Source: Macrostomum lignano (Eukaryota). From it: 64,000 nt of DNA. The position numbers and the translations under genes are program-made. Of this stretch, positions 1 to 13,200 are shown piece after piece (the stretch's first letter is position 1; each line of letters begins with the position of its first letter). The stretch spans positions 1 through 64,000 of the forward strand of contig NIVC01000012.1 of assembly GCA_002269645.1 (NCBI GenBank), written 5' to 3'. A model generated the notes under the pieces. It saw only the letters and a list, made by a program, of their open reading frames with translations. It was not told where the DNA came from and did not search any database.

Positions 1-179
1 CCTGGACAATGTAGCTAACCTCACTAGCCAACTCAGTAAGCTGCCGCCGCCTAGTAGGGAGTTAGCCAAATGGCTGACAACGCAGCTCCAACTAGACCAA
101 GCCAAATTGTCTAGGGGCCAACTCGCCACCGTTTTGAAACTGCTCAACTACTTCAATAGCCAAATTTCTAGATCAAACG

Positions 180-2714
180 CAGACTTAGGCCATACCAAAT
201 TACACGAGATGGGCATAGAATTAATAGATCCCAAAAGCCTGTTGCGCAACCATACAGGCGCACCACGCCAGCGCAAAAGGAATTCCTAGATCAGAATATA
301 GCGCAGATGCTCGAGCAGGGGGTCATCGAGGAATGTGACTCCGACTGGGTGTCGCCTATCGTCCTAGTCAAGAAGAAGGACGGCACTCAACGCTTCTGCA
401 TAGACTATAGGGCCGTTAATAAGCTCATCAAGCCGTGTAGCTTCCCTCTGCCACTCATAGAAGAATCTTTTGACAGCCTTGCTGGGGCCACTGTATTCTC
501 TAGCCTTGACCTGACCTCCGCGTACTGGCAGGTAGGGATCAAAGAGGAGGCTAGGGATTACACCGCCTTTGCCTGCCCCCAGGCACTTTCCGCTGGAAGG
601 TAGTACCATTTGGGATCAAGACGGCACCTGCCAATTTCGCTAAACTGATGCACAAGGTGTTTAGGCCTCTCCTGATGAAGGTCAGCCTCATTTATCTAGA
701 CGACATTATCATTAAGGCTGTCAACAATGACCAAATGATCGCGCATCTCGCGCTGGTCCTCTGGCAGCTTAGAAAAGCCGGTCTCAAAATTAAGCCGTCT
801 AAGTGTGAGTTGTTCAAGGACAAAGTCGCATTCCTGGGGTTCGTTGTGTCTAGCCGGGGCATTGAGGCTGACCCAGCGAAGACTCAGGCTGTCCAAGACT
901 GGCCTAAACGCTTTCTAAGAAACAGCTCTTATCATTCTTGGGATTCGCAGATTACTACCGGAAATTCGTGCCGCGATTCTCAATCATCGCCACGCCTCTG
1001 TATGCCTTAGCCAAAAAGGATGCTCCGTTTCTATGGCAACCGCATCATGAACGGGCTTTCCTAGAACTCAAATATAGCCTCTGTTCACCACCGATTCTGG
1101 CATATCCAGACCTCTCTGCCAAGGGGCGCGAATTTATCTTGGACTGCGATAGCTCGCTAGACGGCACAGGGGGTGTGCTGTACCAGCTCGGCCAGATGGC
1201 CAGGAGCAAGTCATAGCTTACGCATCCAAGAAGTTCAACAGTAGCCAGAGAAACTACTGCGCCACCATGAGGGAGTTGCTAGGGCTCGTCCTGATGCTCG
1301 AGCACTTCCGTCCTTACCTGTTAGACAAGCCTTTCACTGTCCGGGTGGACGCGGCCGCGCTCAAATGGCTGCATTCCAAGAAACATGCTACTGGTATGCT
1401 GGCCCAATGGCTTGCCACCATTGAGCTGTACCGCTGAAGGTCCAGCAGTCCACTCTGGAGCGCATAGCCGAATACGATTTCACTGTCCAGTACCGCCCAG
1501 GCGTTGATCACGTGCCTGCTGACGCCCTCAGTAGAATACCAAAATTCAGAGCTGACCACTTCGACTGCCCAACATGTAGTCAGATTCCGGAATTCAAGGG
1601 AAGTTCCTGGATCAAAATCCTAAGGCGCACCGCAAACCGCCACTGGGGAATTGCGGCAGGTGAGCGTCCAGATCACGGGCAAAAGTGTCGCCTGCCAGAC
1701 TGACGCCGACAGTAGCCTTTCACCATCACAACCACCCAGGCCAAGGGCCACCCCGGTGCCCGGTACCCCTGCCCGAGGAAGCGCCAAAAGTCACTGTGGC
1801 TAAACCATCGCCAAACGTCCGCGCTGCTGCTAGTAGTGCTGCTCCTAGCCCAGGGACAGAACCTCTCGACCCCGACACTGAATCCAAGATACCACCTGAG
1901 CTCATCTGGGCCCAGAATGCCCAAGACTCTTGTGTTGACATGGCGCGGCTAATCGCCAGTGTCCAGGGTACGACCGAGCCATTGTCCAAGGCCGAACTGC
2001 AGGGTTGTAGCCGGGAAATGCGCTCACTCTGGGCTCACTTCAACGACCTTGAAGTGGTCGAGGGTCTCTTGTACCTAGCCAAATCTTCCAAAGCCAAAAC
2101 TGCCAACAGGCGCCTAGTTGTGCCTGAAACTGCCACCTGGTCCTTCAGTATCATGGCCAGTTAAACCATTGCGGTATCACCAAGACGATGGCCGCCCTGA
2201 AGGCGCGCTTCGTCATTTCCGACTTAGATACTATAGTCAAGGGGGTCCTGGCCGAATGCACTGTTTGCGCTAAGACCAAGAAGTTGAAGCGTAAACTCAA
2301 GGCTCCTATGCAACCAGAACTGTCGGCTACCCGAACCAGGTTGTCCACGTGGACCACGCAGGCCCGTTCGAAGAGTGTGACGGGTACAAGTACCTGCTGG
2401 TTATGATCGACCGGTTCACCGGGTTTGTCGAAGCAGTCCCTGTTCCCGATGTCAGCGCAGAGACCACTGCCACAACCATCCTGACGGAATGGGTTGCCAG
2501 GTATGGGGTGATGGAGCAGTTGGTATCTGACAACGGAACCGCCTTCATCAATAGTACCATGGCAGAATTGACCAGACTCTTACAAATTGACATGGGCCGG
2601 ATCACAGCCCGTCGCCCTCAGGCTAACGGTAAAGCTGAGAGGATGATCCAGACGGTAAAAGCCCAGATTAGAGCCATCTGTCTTGAGAGACAATGCGACT
2701 GGCCTCTCGCTCAG
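180..2714 (+). pseudogene. Gypsy pol (RT, RNase H, integrase) broken by several frameshifts; integrase core truncated
   Basis: SPIVLVKKKDG..RFCIDYRAVN (307-603); YLDD (in 648-1010); FILDCDSS RNase H start (938-1216); HVPADALSR; H..H..C..C zinc finger (~2150-2270); integrase DHAGP..LVMIDRFT..SDNG..PQANGKAER (2349-2700). The frame changes repeatedly between these blocks. Confidence 0.9.
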
Positions 2715-2990
2715 CCATCTGGCGCGTGGCGCCATCTTCTGCCTCTGGCACGCTGCGCCATCCTCTGCCTTTGGCGCGTGGCGCCGTTCTCTGCCTTGGC
2801 GCCCTGCGCTGTTCCTGCCTGGCGCGCTGCGCCGTCCTTTGCCTTTGGCACGTGGTGCCGTCTTCTGCCTGGCGCGCTGCGCCGTTCTCTGCCTGGCGCG
2901 TGGCGCCGTCCTCTGCCTGGCGCGCTGCGCCGTTCTCCGCCTTGGCGCGCCGCGCCGCGTCTTCCGCCTTGGGCGCTCCTGCGCCGGTTG
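2715..2990. repeat. ~24-bp GC-rich tandem repeat inside the retroelement
   Basis: Repeated TGGCGCG(C/T)TGCGCCGT(T/C)CTCTGCC units. Confidence 0.8.
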
Positions 2991-3500
2991 CCTCCTGCCT
3001 GTCTGTTGGTGCACCGCGCCGTGTCCCGCCGCCCTTGACGCTTGTCGTCATTTGCCCGCAGTTGTCTGGACTGTGCCTCTGTTCCGTGCCTCTGCTCTGT
3101 TTTCGTTGCCTCATCCACCTTGTCATCCTTGTTCTGTCTTTGCCTCATCCACGTATCACTCTGCGCGTCCTTTTGTCGTTTTTTGAGTTCGCGCGCGCCG
3201 TGCGCTCTGTCATGCGCTACTTCCGTAATCATTGTTATATTTTTGTTATGTTTTCGTAACGCCACCATGCCGTACTACTCGTGCTCACCGCGTTCTGCTG
3301 CCCTGTAATATTCTGCTCCTGTAATATTCTGTAGCCTTTGGAATTTTGTAATTTTGTCCGGTAATCACATACTCCTATATACTAAATCAAGCTCCCTGTA
3401 ATTCGTTCTACTGTAATTTCATAAGCTGCAGTCACGTTGTGTTTTCCTTGCCGTCACCCCGCGTGTTGGTTTTCTTTTTTGCGTGACCCTATCCTTTTTC

Positions 3501-3514
3501 GGAAGGGAGGCGGG
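3501..3514 (+). other. Polypurine tract (plus-strand primer)
   Basis: GGAAGGGAGGCGGG directly before TGTGAC at 3515. Confidence 0.75.
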
Positions 3515-4245
3515 TGTGACGTCAGTTTAAAGTGGTCCCATAAAAGGGCCGTTGCACTGCAGCTCCTCTACAATTCTTCCAATTGTTTATTTTAACGTTT
3601 ACTTGTAGTAGTGCCCAATGAATCTGTGCCTAATGTCGCTAATTCACTGCGCGTTTTGCTATCCTTTCATGCGACCGTAGAAAACTTGCACGATCGATAA
3701 TTTTAAGTTCTTTAGCCAGCCAATGAAACCGCTCGTGCTTCGCGCTACCCCCTCTGCGTTCCTTTATTAAACCCTGCCTGGCAGGCTGGGGGCCTCCTCG
3801 CGGTCTAGCCTGTTTTAGCTGTCTAGCCTGTTTAGCTGTTTAGGCTTCTCGGCCTCTTGGCGTCTTGTTTTTCCTCTCTTGTCTGGCTGCCTCGAGCCTC
3901 CTTATCTCTCGCCACGGCCCCTCTGTCTGGGCCAGCCTGTTTACACTACTTCACTGTGTTCCGCCACAGCTAACGCCAATCTCGCCACTACTCATCTGCC
4001 TACCTACTGCTACTCACTGCCTTCACCGTGCTCATCGCCATTGCTCATCACGTTGCGTCGCCATTGCATCATTCGTCTGCCACTCGACTTCATATTCTAT
4101 TGCTTTCAAAACCATTGTTGCAGCCGCCAGTGCCCAGAACACTATAAGCTTGCATTGACATTAGTAACCAAGTTTAATATTGATCTCAACAAATAAAACA
4201 ACCATGGCAGTTTCCTGCCTTTATCGCCAAGTGCTCCGCTACACA
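3515..4245 (+). repeat. 3' LTR (~730 bp)
   Basis: Starts TGTG right after the PPT, has AATAAA at 4192-4197, ends CACA. The right boundary is inferred because the 5' LTR is not in the window. Confidence 0.65.
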
Positions 4246-4359
4246 ATCCGCTTTATAAGAATTGACTTCGATTCATTTTGGGACTACGACTTACGGCAAC
4301 TCTCGTCAAAACGGCCCTTTCAAGGGTCATAGCCATAGCCACTACGTCAATAATCGTGA

Positions 4360-4640
4360 CAGTGTGTCAAAACGGCTCCCATAAGAATCAGTATGTCAAA
4401 ACGGCTCCCATAAGAATCAGTATGTCAAAACGGCTCCCATAAGAATCAGTATGTCAATTTGGCTCTCATAAGAATCAGATGTCAAAACGGCTCCCATAAG
4501 AATCAATGGCTCGTGCAATTTGGCTCCCATAAGCCGCAATCTATCAATTTGGCTCCCATAAGCAACAGTGTGTCAAAATGGCTCCCATAAGAATCAATGG
4601 CTTATGCAATTTGGCTCCCATAAGCCGTAGTGTGTCAATT
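4360..4640. repeat. 29-bp tandem repeat (GTCAAAACGGCTCCCATAAGAATCAGTAT), degenerating rightwards; inverted motif copies at ~4795-4835
   Basis: Period of 29 seen directly (GTCAA at 4366, 4395...). GGGAGCCATTTTG and GGAGCCAAAT are reverse-complement copies, possibly subterminal repeats of a decayed DNA transposon. Confidence 0.75.
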
Positions 4641-5172
4641 CAGCTCTTGATTATAATTGGCTATCTATGGTATGTACAATCTAGCGAGGAAATCTATCAC
4701 GAGGGTCATTCGTGATCAATATACATATATTCTTTGGTCTATGGGGGCGGGAATCCGAAACGCGCTAGGGAAATCCAAAAAACGAATGTATTAGCCTTAG
4801 GGGAGCCATTTTGCATAAATAGGAGCCAAATCGACTTGAATTTTATTACAATTGAAAAAAACAACCCAATAATGTTATGCATCTTAGTAAGGCGCACCTA
4901 TAAGCCTCGAACATTTTTAGCTCAAGTTTTTAGCTCAAGCACTTTTGTAAAGGCATAATCTTAAGACAAACATTTCAACTGAAGCCTGTTCCCTTTTTTC
5001 CGCAGTGAATCCATACAAAACTATACTCGTTAAATAGATCAGATTCTTTTCTTTAAAATGACACCTCACTTGTGAAATTCGCTTTTGTAGTTTTGAAATT
5101 ACAGCAGTTTTTGTGAGATTTTTTTGTCAATTTTTCGATGCACACGTCTCATATTATTATATTTGTCACAAG

Positions 5173-5265
5173 CTAGACCACCCATGTGCTTCGCGCATTG
5201 GCTGGCTGTTTGTTCCTCATGCTTGGCACTTCGTGCCTCGCGCGTTCGCTCCGCTCACTGGGGAA
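5173..5265 (-). mobile_element. Candidate ~93-bp Helitron-like mini-element
   Basis: On the minus strand it starts TT after CTAG, carries GCGAAGC-type mini-hairpins, and ends with hairpin CCAATGCGCGAAGCACATGG, 5 nt, then CTAG. Confidence 0.35.
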
Positions 5266-6865
5266 CTAGTGAAAAATTGGCCTTCTTTAACTCTAAGGTC
5301 TACAAGTCTTAAAATTAATTGTTAATTAATTAAAAAAGTGAAATAAAAAACTACAAATCAGTTAACTCAGACTTTTAAAATGCTTTTTGTGGTTTTTTAC
5401 TTATTTATTTAATGATAAAAAATAAAGCATGAAAACAATAGTTTTTATCCAAAACTATTTTTAAAGACTTATCTGTCTTTCAAAAAGCTTTTTTAAATAC
5501 ATTACCTTCCATTGGATTGAATGTCTGCCTACAGATTTGTTTTACCATTTTATCTCATGTTTTTGGATTTGGCCATACATAACATAGTTGAAAACTTGTT
5601 TAGTCCTAGCATATAAATGTCCTATACTTTTCCCTCACTAGACCTAGTGTACACTAATAGTAATACACAATCCAAACTACGGGTCTCAACTAATAGAGTA
5701 GAGGACATTATATATATTATATAATAATATGTTAAATTAATAATATATTAATTAATATAAAACTTGACCAATATATAAATCAATTTTATAATATATTTTT
5801 ACCTAATTTAAAATGATTCAATGAACTTGAAGGCTCATCGAATGTATGGTAAAAGAGTGCGAACAAGCTCCTTTGTTACACGTACCGAATAGCAGTCTTA
5901 ACCAGTCCAAACTTAACAGAGTAAAAAACTTAACCACTATACTATTTACAGATAAGGCAGCTAAGGTTCCACGTCCGACAGACAGAAGCGAGAGACCACC
6001 ATCAAAATAATGGCGGTCCGACTTCTCGTCCCCACTCCCCACCACCCCTATTCTCTCTCCGATTGTGCGGGGGGGGCTTTGGCCTTTTGGGGTGGGGGGG
6101 GGGTTGGCGGCCGCGAGAGCGGCCTGCGAGCCCGGCCCTGCGTGAGGGCCTCACGATCGATAAAAACAGGGAGGTGTTCATTAGGTTCTATTAGGTTCTA
6201 TTAGGGGGGGGAGGGGGTCGCCAGTGTCTCCTGGGCTCCTAGGGTCCTCCGTCGCACTGTACAGTCAGGTCTAATTTGGGGTGGTCGCTGGTCAGTCGCC
6301 CTAATTTAAACAAACAACACGAGGGGTTGGAAAATCGCGATGTTAATGACTGTGCTTTCTCTCTGATTTCTTTATTTCCTCTAATCTATTTGATTTGAAA
6401 TATCGATTTGATTTTCTTCATGCCATTCTTTATTTCTTACGTTTGAGGGTTTTCTTTTGCTCTGTGACTGATCCTCATTGCCGATTGAAGAGATGATCAG
6501 AGAAAAATCATAAAGTTTAATTCAAGCTTTGATTTAGAAATTAAATATTGAAGTAACGGTTGGTTGGTTTGTAATTGTTCATTTGAACTCTCCCTTTGTT
6601 TCAAACCCAGCTAAAATCAGGGGGCCTCGACTCTCGACCTTGCGCAGCTCAAACCGGAGCTAACAAATAATTTAATATTCAAGCCGTTAAGTTTATGTAA
6701 TTTCACACCTATTTCATTTGGTGTCATCAGCGGTGGAATTTAGCTATTAATTCCGGACAAGTTGATTATAATTTTAAGCCTATTTCACTAGGATGTCTCA
6801 AAAACTTCAAAGCCAAGATTCGCCTTGTTGACGAGAGCAAAACCATTCATTTATTGCGCAGTTAG

Positions 6866-7520
6866 GCCCGCGTTCCAATTCACCTGCGAGACCGAATTAA
6901 CGAGGAACTCAGGCGAATGGAGGCTGAGCAGATAATCGAACCTGTTCCAGCCGGAGGGAGTCAGTAGGCCTCACCAATTGTCAGTGTGCTGAAGCCTAAC
7001 GGAAAGGTGCGCGTCTGTGCTGACTTTAAGGCAGGAGTTACTCATCAGGTTAATGAGATGGAGACAATCTTTGCGGAGACCTCTGGAATGTCACAATTCT
7101 CCAAAATCGACCTCTCGGATGCATATTTGCAATTTGCAGATAGAGCTGCATGGACGAAGACAACAGAGAGAACACCACCATCGCCACGCCTTTGGGCCTT
7201 TATCGCTATAATTGACTCGTTCCCAGGCCTCAAATCAGCATCAAAAGGCAATGGAATCCGTCCTTACTGACTTCACCGGCAAGATAGTTTATCAGGACGA
7301 CATTCTCCTCGGCGGAAAATCTGACTCATTGATCAACTCAAAGGTCCAAGACATCATAGCTGCCCCAAAAAATGCAAGAATATCAATCAACTATGGAAAA
7401 TCAACCCTCAAAGGCCAAGGAGTTCTCTTTCTCGGGTACAGAGTCAGCGAGAGAAGAATTTCTCCCGATCCAAATCTAGTCGATGGGATCCGCGCCTTCA
7501 AGACTCCTGGAGACAAGAAG
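6866..7520 (+). pseudogene. Second, heavily degenerate Ty3/Gypsy reverse transcriptase fragment
   Basis: ARVPIHLRDRINEELRRME..IIEPV..Q*ASPIVSVLKPNGKVRVCADFK; FSKIDLSDAYLQ; VYQDDILLGG; FLGYRVS. Contains a stop and frameshifts. Confidence 0.8.
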
Positions 7521-7707
7521 CAACTATGTAGAATCTTTTCTTGGAAAATATTTTCTTGGATAAGTATATCGCAAGAATTCACACTCGTTATTGACAACAA
7601 TCAGTTCCTGACTTCTGCGTCAAATATGATTAAAAAATCGTTGTCAAAGCGATAAGTTAACGAAAATAAACTACTAAGATGGGAATGAGCTGACAGCGTA
7701 AACCTCT

Positions 7708-7779
7708 CTCATATCTCAGTCCCCATATCTCAGTCTCCCATATCTCAGTCTCCCATATCCCAGTCTCTCATATCTCAGT
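7708..7779. repeat. 15-bp tandem repeat (CATATCTCAGTCTCC) x5
   Basis: Directly visible. Confidence 0.8.
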
Positions 7780-8035
7780 TAGGGAATACAAAATCCAGAG
7801 TTTGGCCCATCCCGGGATTTTTGGGATCGGGGACATCCCGGACTTCGAAAATCCTGGGATTCTGTTCTGTTAGCTGTTAGCAGCTCGTAAGGAGATTTTA
7901 ATTTGGTGTAATAATGTACGTGCTTTATTTATTAGGGAATACAATCCCGGGATCACAATTGTCCAGGATTCGAAAATCCCGGGATCACAATTGTCCGGGA
8001 TTCGAAAATCCCGGGATCAACCATCGGGATACCGT
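7779..8035. mobile_element. Degenerate MITE-like relic with ATCCCGGGAT motifs and two TAGGGAATACAA starts
   Basis: TAGGGAATACAA at ~7779 and ~7933, and several palindromic ATCCCGGGAT motifs. No matching right end found. Confidence 0.35.
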
Positions 8036-8431
8036 CCCACTTGGCAATAATTAAATCAGTCATTCTCGTGTAGTAGTATCTGCAGCTGAGATACTTGTCA
8101 GGTGGAAATCATAGCCCAGTTGTCCTGCTTTGATTTATTAATCTTTTAATCATGCAGGCTAGTGAGTAGAAGGCTAGGGCTGCAGGGATGCAAAACAGAA
8201 CCTGTTAGCATATCTTAAGAATTTTTTAAGGTGTAATAATGCAAAACTACTCTAAGCAGTCGCTACCTTTAAAACCTCTTGATCATAGTTGGGATTAGAA
8301 CATGACAGTGGGACCTTGCTATCGGACCACAACCAAAGCTACCAATTCTCCATCTAGGGCGGGTGCCCCTGGGAGGGTGAGGTCTGATCCCCTTATACCC
8401 TGGTGTCAGTATCTCTAACCATAACTCGTAA

Positions 8432-9432
8432 ACTGACATGTCCGTAGCCGCCTTCCAGCCGCACCGAAATTTTAAATGAGTGCCCCAGGTGTAATTTTTA
8501 TAAAAATGATTCACATATGCTCTTAATTGATTGCCCCAAAACATGTTTCGCATGGTCGATGCTGTTTCTATGAAAATCTGGCAGTGAAAGTTGGCTTTAG
8601 GGCGGCTGAAGGGCGGCTGAAAGGGGGCTAGAGAATTGCTCTGTATTGGCGCAGTATAATTGTGCCCCAAATGGAAAAAAAATTAGATGCAAGTCTTAAC
8701 TTTAATATGCACAATAAACTTTGTTTCATTGGCTTTTATTTATTAGAGAAGTGTGACCTTTAGTTTGAAATTCAGCATTCCAATAGGTAAAAGCGTGCCC
8801 CAACCATTTTCTTGACTAGCGGCTAATGCCCCAATGCGGTAAAAAGAAGCAGGGTCAAAATTTTACTGTATATGTAAATTTCTGTACATGCCCCACAATT
8901 TCCAACTGAGTGGCGAAGTGAAATAACTTGATTGTCACTCAGACACCAGTCATTACGACTTACAGTCGAGATTACGACTTTGCAATCGTAAAAAATTAAA
9001 TTCTAACTTGTTGCAAAGCTTGTCTACTAATAGACTAATGGACCAATTCAAAAATTACTATCAATGTGACAATGCCCATGTTGATGGATATGTAATTGTA
9101 TGTGTCCTTTAGAAATATTAAAAACTGGCATGACAATTGTCACTTTAAGATTGTAATCAAATCACTCAATATATTCTATCTACTTTTTTTCCATTTGGGG
9201 CACAATTATACTGCGCCAATACAGAGCAATTCTCTAGCCCCCTTCCAGCCGCCCTTCACCGCCCTAAAGCCAACTTTCACTGCCAGATTTTCATAGAAAC
9301 AGCATCGACCATGCGAAACATGTTTTGGGGCAATCAATTAAGAGCATATGTGAATCATTTTTATAAAAATTACACCTGGGGCACTCATTTAAAATTTCGG
9401 TGCGGCTGGAAGGCGGCTACGGACATGTCAGT
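8432..9432. mobile_element. Non-autonomous Mutator-type (MULE) element/MITE, 1001 bp, ~260-bp TIRs
   Basis: 8432-~8690 is the near-perfect reverse complement of ~9180-9432. Flanks AACTCGTAA (8423-8431) and AGCTCGTAA (9433-9441) form a 9-bp TSD with one mismatch. Confidence 0.85.
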
Positions 9433-10076
9433 AGCTCGTAACGCCTTGTCCATTTAATACTTGTTTATTAAAAATAAGTTTTGAACATATTCAAGCGTTA
9501 TATTATTTACACAGCAACCGCTCATTGACTTCATATTATACTCCAACGCCTCACAATATTTTAAAGAAGTTCCACACTTCGTTAAAAGCAAATTAAAATA
9601 TAGGCCACTGCGTGCATTTTGTAAATAAAGCGATTTTTTAAAACTACTGGTAAACTTGTACAGTCAGAGTTACCTGCTTCTATTCATTGTTCTCTAGGCT
9701 CAACTACGAAGATTCTAAACGATACACACTCGCCAAAGGGTATAGTCCAGTATAAAATGATAATTAAAAATGACCCTAAGTCTTTAATACCAGTTTCTCT
9801 CGTCTCCATAGGACAGGACAGGCTCGGCTACTTAGGTGCAGTACGTGAGAGCGAAAGAGAGAGAGAGACGAGAGAGACGGTTAACAATTCGCTGTACAAT
9901 CTAAAGCTCGTTGCTAAGGCGCCCTGGCACAGAGTCAGCGGTTAAATTGAATAGATGAGTGTGAGAGCCGCGCAGACGTAGTAATATAGGAGCGTAGCTA
10001 TCCCAGTAGCAAGCCTTCGCAATACAATCTGCCCGATTTTTTACATTTTTATTGAGTTTTTGGGTTAACAAACGTC

Positions 10077-10273
10077 ATGACTGAGCAGTCGGACGAGCTG
10101 GAGAAGCAGAAGCAGGAAGAGGATGAGCAGAATCATCAGTCTCGGCTGCTGGCCCACTGCGAACTCGGGCAATACGACGAGATTGCGGGATTGCTGCGCA
10201 AGAGAAGAGGTCTGTTTCTGAACTGCGTCGATTCCGATGGGAACACGCCGTTGCACGTTGTGCGCGATTTGAA
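10077..10273 (+). CDS. Ankyrin gene exon 1
   Basis: ATG at 10077; donor GTGAGT at 10274. Confidence 0.8.
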
Positions 10274-13200
10274 GTGAGTTTGGGTAGCATCATAAAGCTT
10301 TGGGCTCGGGAAGCTTATGAGCTTACGGGTTTTGAAGCTTAGGAGCTTAGGGCTCATGAAGTTTAGTGTCATAAACCATAGGGCTCAGGAAGTTGAAGGG
10401 TTCATGAAGTTTAGTGTCATAAAGCTTAGGGCTCAGGAAGTTGAAGGGTTCATGAAGTTTAGTGTCATAAAGCTTAGGACTCGGGAAGTTTAGCGTTCAT
10501 GAAGTTTAGTGTCATAAAGCTTAGGGCTCGGGAAGTTTAGTGTTCATGAAGTTTAGTGTCATAAAGCTTAGTAGGGCTCGGGAAGTTTAAGGGTTCATGA
10601 AGTTTAGCATCATAAAGCTTAGGGCTCATGAATTCATAAAGTTGAGGATTTGTGAACTTAATTTGTTCAAACTTAAATCGTTGCGACCCCCCCCCGCGCC
10701 GCGATTTCAGATGCGCCGAGCTGCTGCTGGAATTCGGCGCCGGTCAATCGACGCTGAACCGGCAGAACCGCGACGGCGAGACGCCTCTGCTGCTAAACCT
10801 TCGACATGGCAACGTCCAACTGGCCGGCTTCTACCTTGACAACGGCGCCGACGTCAGGCCGCCAAACAAGCACTTCCAGCACTGCCTGCACGTGGCAGCC
10901 CACAGCGGATTGTCCAGTTTGCTGGACCGCCTGCTGGACATGCGGCAGCTCGACCCGAATCAGCCAGATCGGCGGGGCAACTCGACGCTGCACTACGCAG
11001 TGGCATTCGCCGACAAGGATGTCGCTGCTGAGATGCTGGGCAGGCTGCTGAAAGAGACTCAGGTTAGCTGGGACTTTTGCTACTGCCCTCTACAGCAAAA
11101 ATGCATTTGGCACAGTTTTGATCCTGGGAGGCAGGGTGGTTCAGCGTTCTACGCATCAATTGACCCGGATGGATTGGGGGTGTTTTCACAAACATTAGGG
11201 CCAACCCCCGAGGCACAGAGAGTGTACATGCCTGACGATTAGAAAGTCAGGGCCGGTGTACACCCTGTGTGTTCGTGTGCATGAGTGCGTGCCCTGCGTA
11301 CAGAATTGGCGCGCTTGTATGTGCTCAGCAGTCAGCGGAATGGGCAGAATTGCCGTCAGCGCTGCATGTCGGACGATTTCGCCGACGATGGGCACCCTGG
11401 TTTCGCCCGAAAGCCACAGGCCTCCTGCGAGTATTTGTTTTTTGTTATACTCTTATTAATAATAACCGGCAGCTCAGCCGCAGCTACTCATGGATGAAGG
11501 AATCCATGCAGCTACTGCGCGGCGCATCTGAAGGCTGCGTACGGCTGTTCAGTCCAAGGACTTGGGGGGGGGGGGGGTCGCTACATAGACCCTCAATTGC
11601 CCCAGCTAATGCTGGCACCCATTTTACTGCTAGGTGAACTGAAACATTGCAGAGTTAAGTGTCTGGCGAACCGCCGACCTTTCCAGTTGTGAGTCAGACG
11701 TTCTAATCACTTGGCTACTACCCCTGTTTTCTTATAACCCAACTCTAGCCTTCCCCTAGAGCCATGGCATGGCAGCCTCCCCATTGATGTAGAGAAAAAA
11801 CTCTTGGCAACTCAGCAACTCAGAATTGATATTCCGCAGGTGTCCACAGACACTGAGGACTCGCTCGGCCGGACCGCCTTCACTCTGGCCGCTCAGTCGG
11901 ACAACTTGGCCGCCTGCCGGCTGCTCCGCGACCGAGGCTGCGACCTCTGCCACGCCGACTTCAACGGGGCCGACGCTTTGCACGTCGCCTCGGCCACAGC
12001 CAGCCAGGAGATGGTCCGCTACCTGGTTGCCGATCTCGCCTTCTCCGTTGATCGCTGCGACAAATTGGGCCGTTCGCCACTGTTCTACGCTGTGCACCAC
12101 TCTCGGGAAGACAACGCCCAGCAGCTGTTGACGCTCGGTGCCGAAGCAAACAGGCCCGACCGGTGCGGCCGCACCGCCATTCACGTGGCCGCTGAGAAGG
12201 TGAGAGGGAGTGCCAGTTGTATCTTGAATAAAATCGTCGCTGAAGGTTTCTATAAAAATTGCTTCCATCTGGTACAATACATATGTGTCTCCTGCAAAAA
12301 AACTAACCAAAACATTTGCCTATCAAACTAAAATACGCTAGGGTCTCGACGCCCTCCTAGACGTGTTGCTAAGCAACGGTGGCGACGCCTCGCAGGCTGA
12401 CATGCGCGACCAGACGCCGCTGCACCTGGCCGCAATCAACGGTCGCTACAACTTCGTGAAGCGTCTGTTGCAGTGGCGACGCGACCTAGGTGGCGACGCC
12501 TCGGACGACTTCATCGGCGCTACCGATGCAGACGGCAAAACGGCTCGACAGCTCGCGTTGGACAATGGACATCAGCAGGTGGCGAACTTGCTCGGCAGCG
12601 CCGCCGGCCCGGCAAAGTCCGCCGCCAGGTCCTATCCGAGGCCACAATCGGGCAAGCAGAAGCGCGAAACTCAAGCTGAAGCTCGGGAGCAGCAGAAACA
12701 GGAGCTAGAAGCGGCTGAGATCGAGCGGAAGAAGGCGGAGAAACAACAGGACAAAGAAAATAAAAAGAAGCAGAAGGAAGAGGAGGAGAAGATAAGAAAG
12801 CAGCAGCAGGAAGAGCAAGAGCAACAGGAAGCTGCACGCGAGGCGTTAGAAAATCAGGAGCAAGAAAACGAAGAGAAACAGGCAGAAGCAGAGGAACACG
12901 CGACAGCAAGGCTGTCGGTAAAAGCGGCCAAGAGAGAAACAAAGACGAGGAGGACAGGAAATCTTCAGACGAAAAGACGGACAAAACAGCTGAAGCGCCC
13001 AAGCGGTCGCGCAGTCGATCGTCCTCCTCCTCCAGCAATTCAAAATCGCGCTCGTCCTCGTCTTCATCCTCTTCAGCGTCATCCGTCGGTCGTCTGGACA
13101 ACGACGGTGGCAACGTCTCGGACGGCAACGAACGGTCAGACAAAGAAGATCCCTACCTGACAGCCAAGCCGTCCTGGATCAACGGGGACGAAGATAAGGA

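Larger units (their letters stand above)
1..4245 (+). mobile_element. Ty3/Gypsy LTR retrotransposon, 3' portion (decayed pol, 3' UTR, PPT, 3' LTR); 5' part lies outside the window
   Basis: Domain order RT-RNaseH-integrase is Gypsy-type. A purine tract at 3501-3514 is followed by an LTR-like TGTG...CACA segment. Confidence 0.9.

Noticed and set aside
307-2714. Programmed frameshifting in Gypsy pol
   Set aside because: Multiple shifts fall inside RT, RNase H and integrase, consistent with decay or sequence error rather than recoding.
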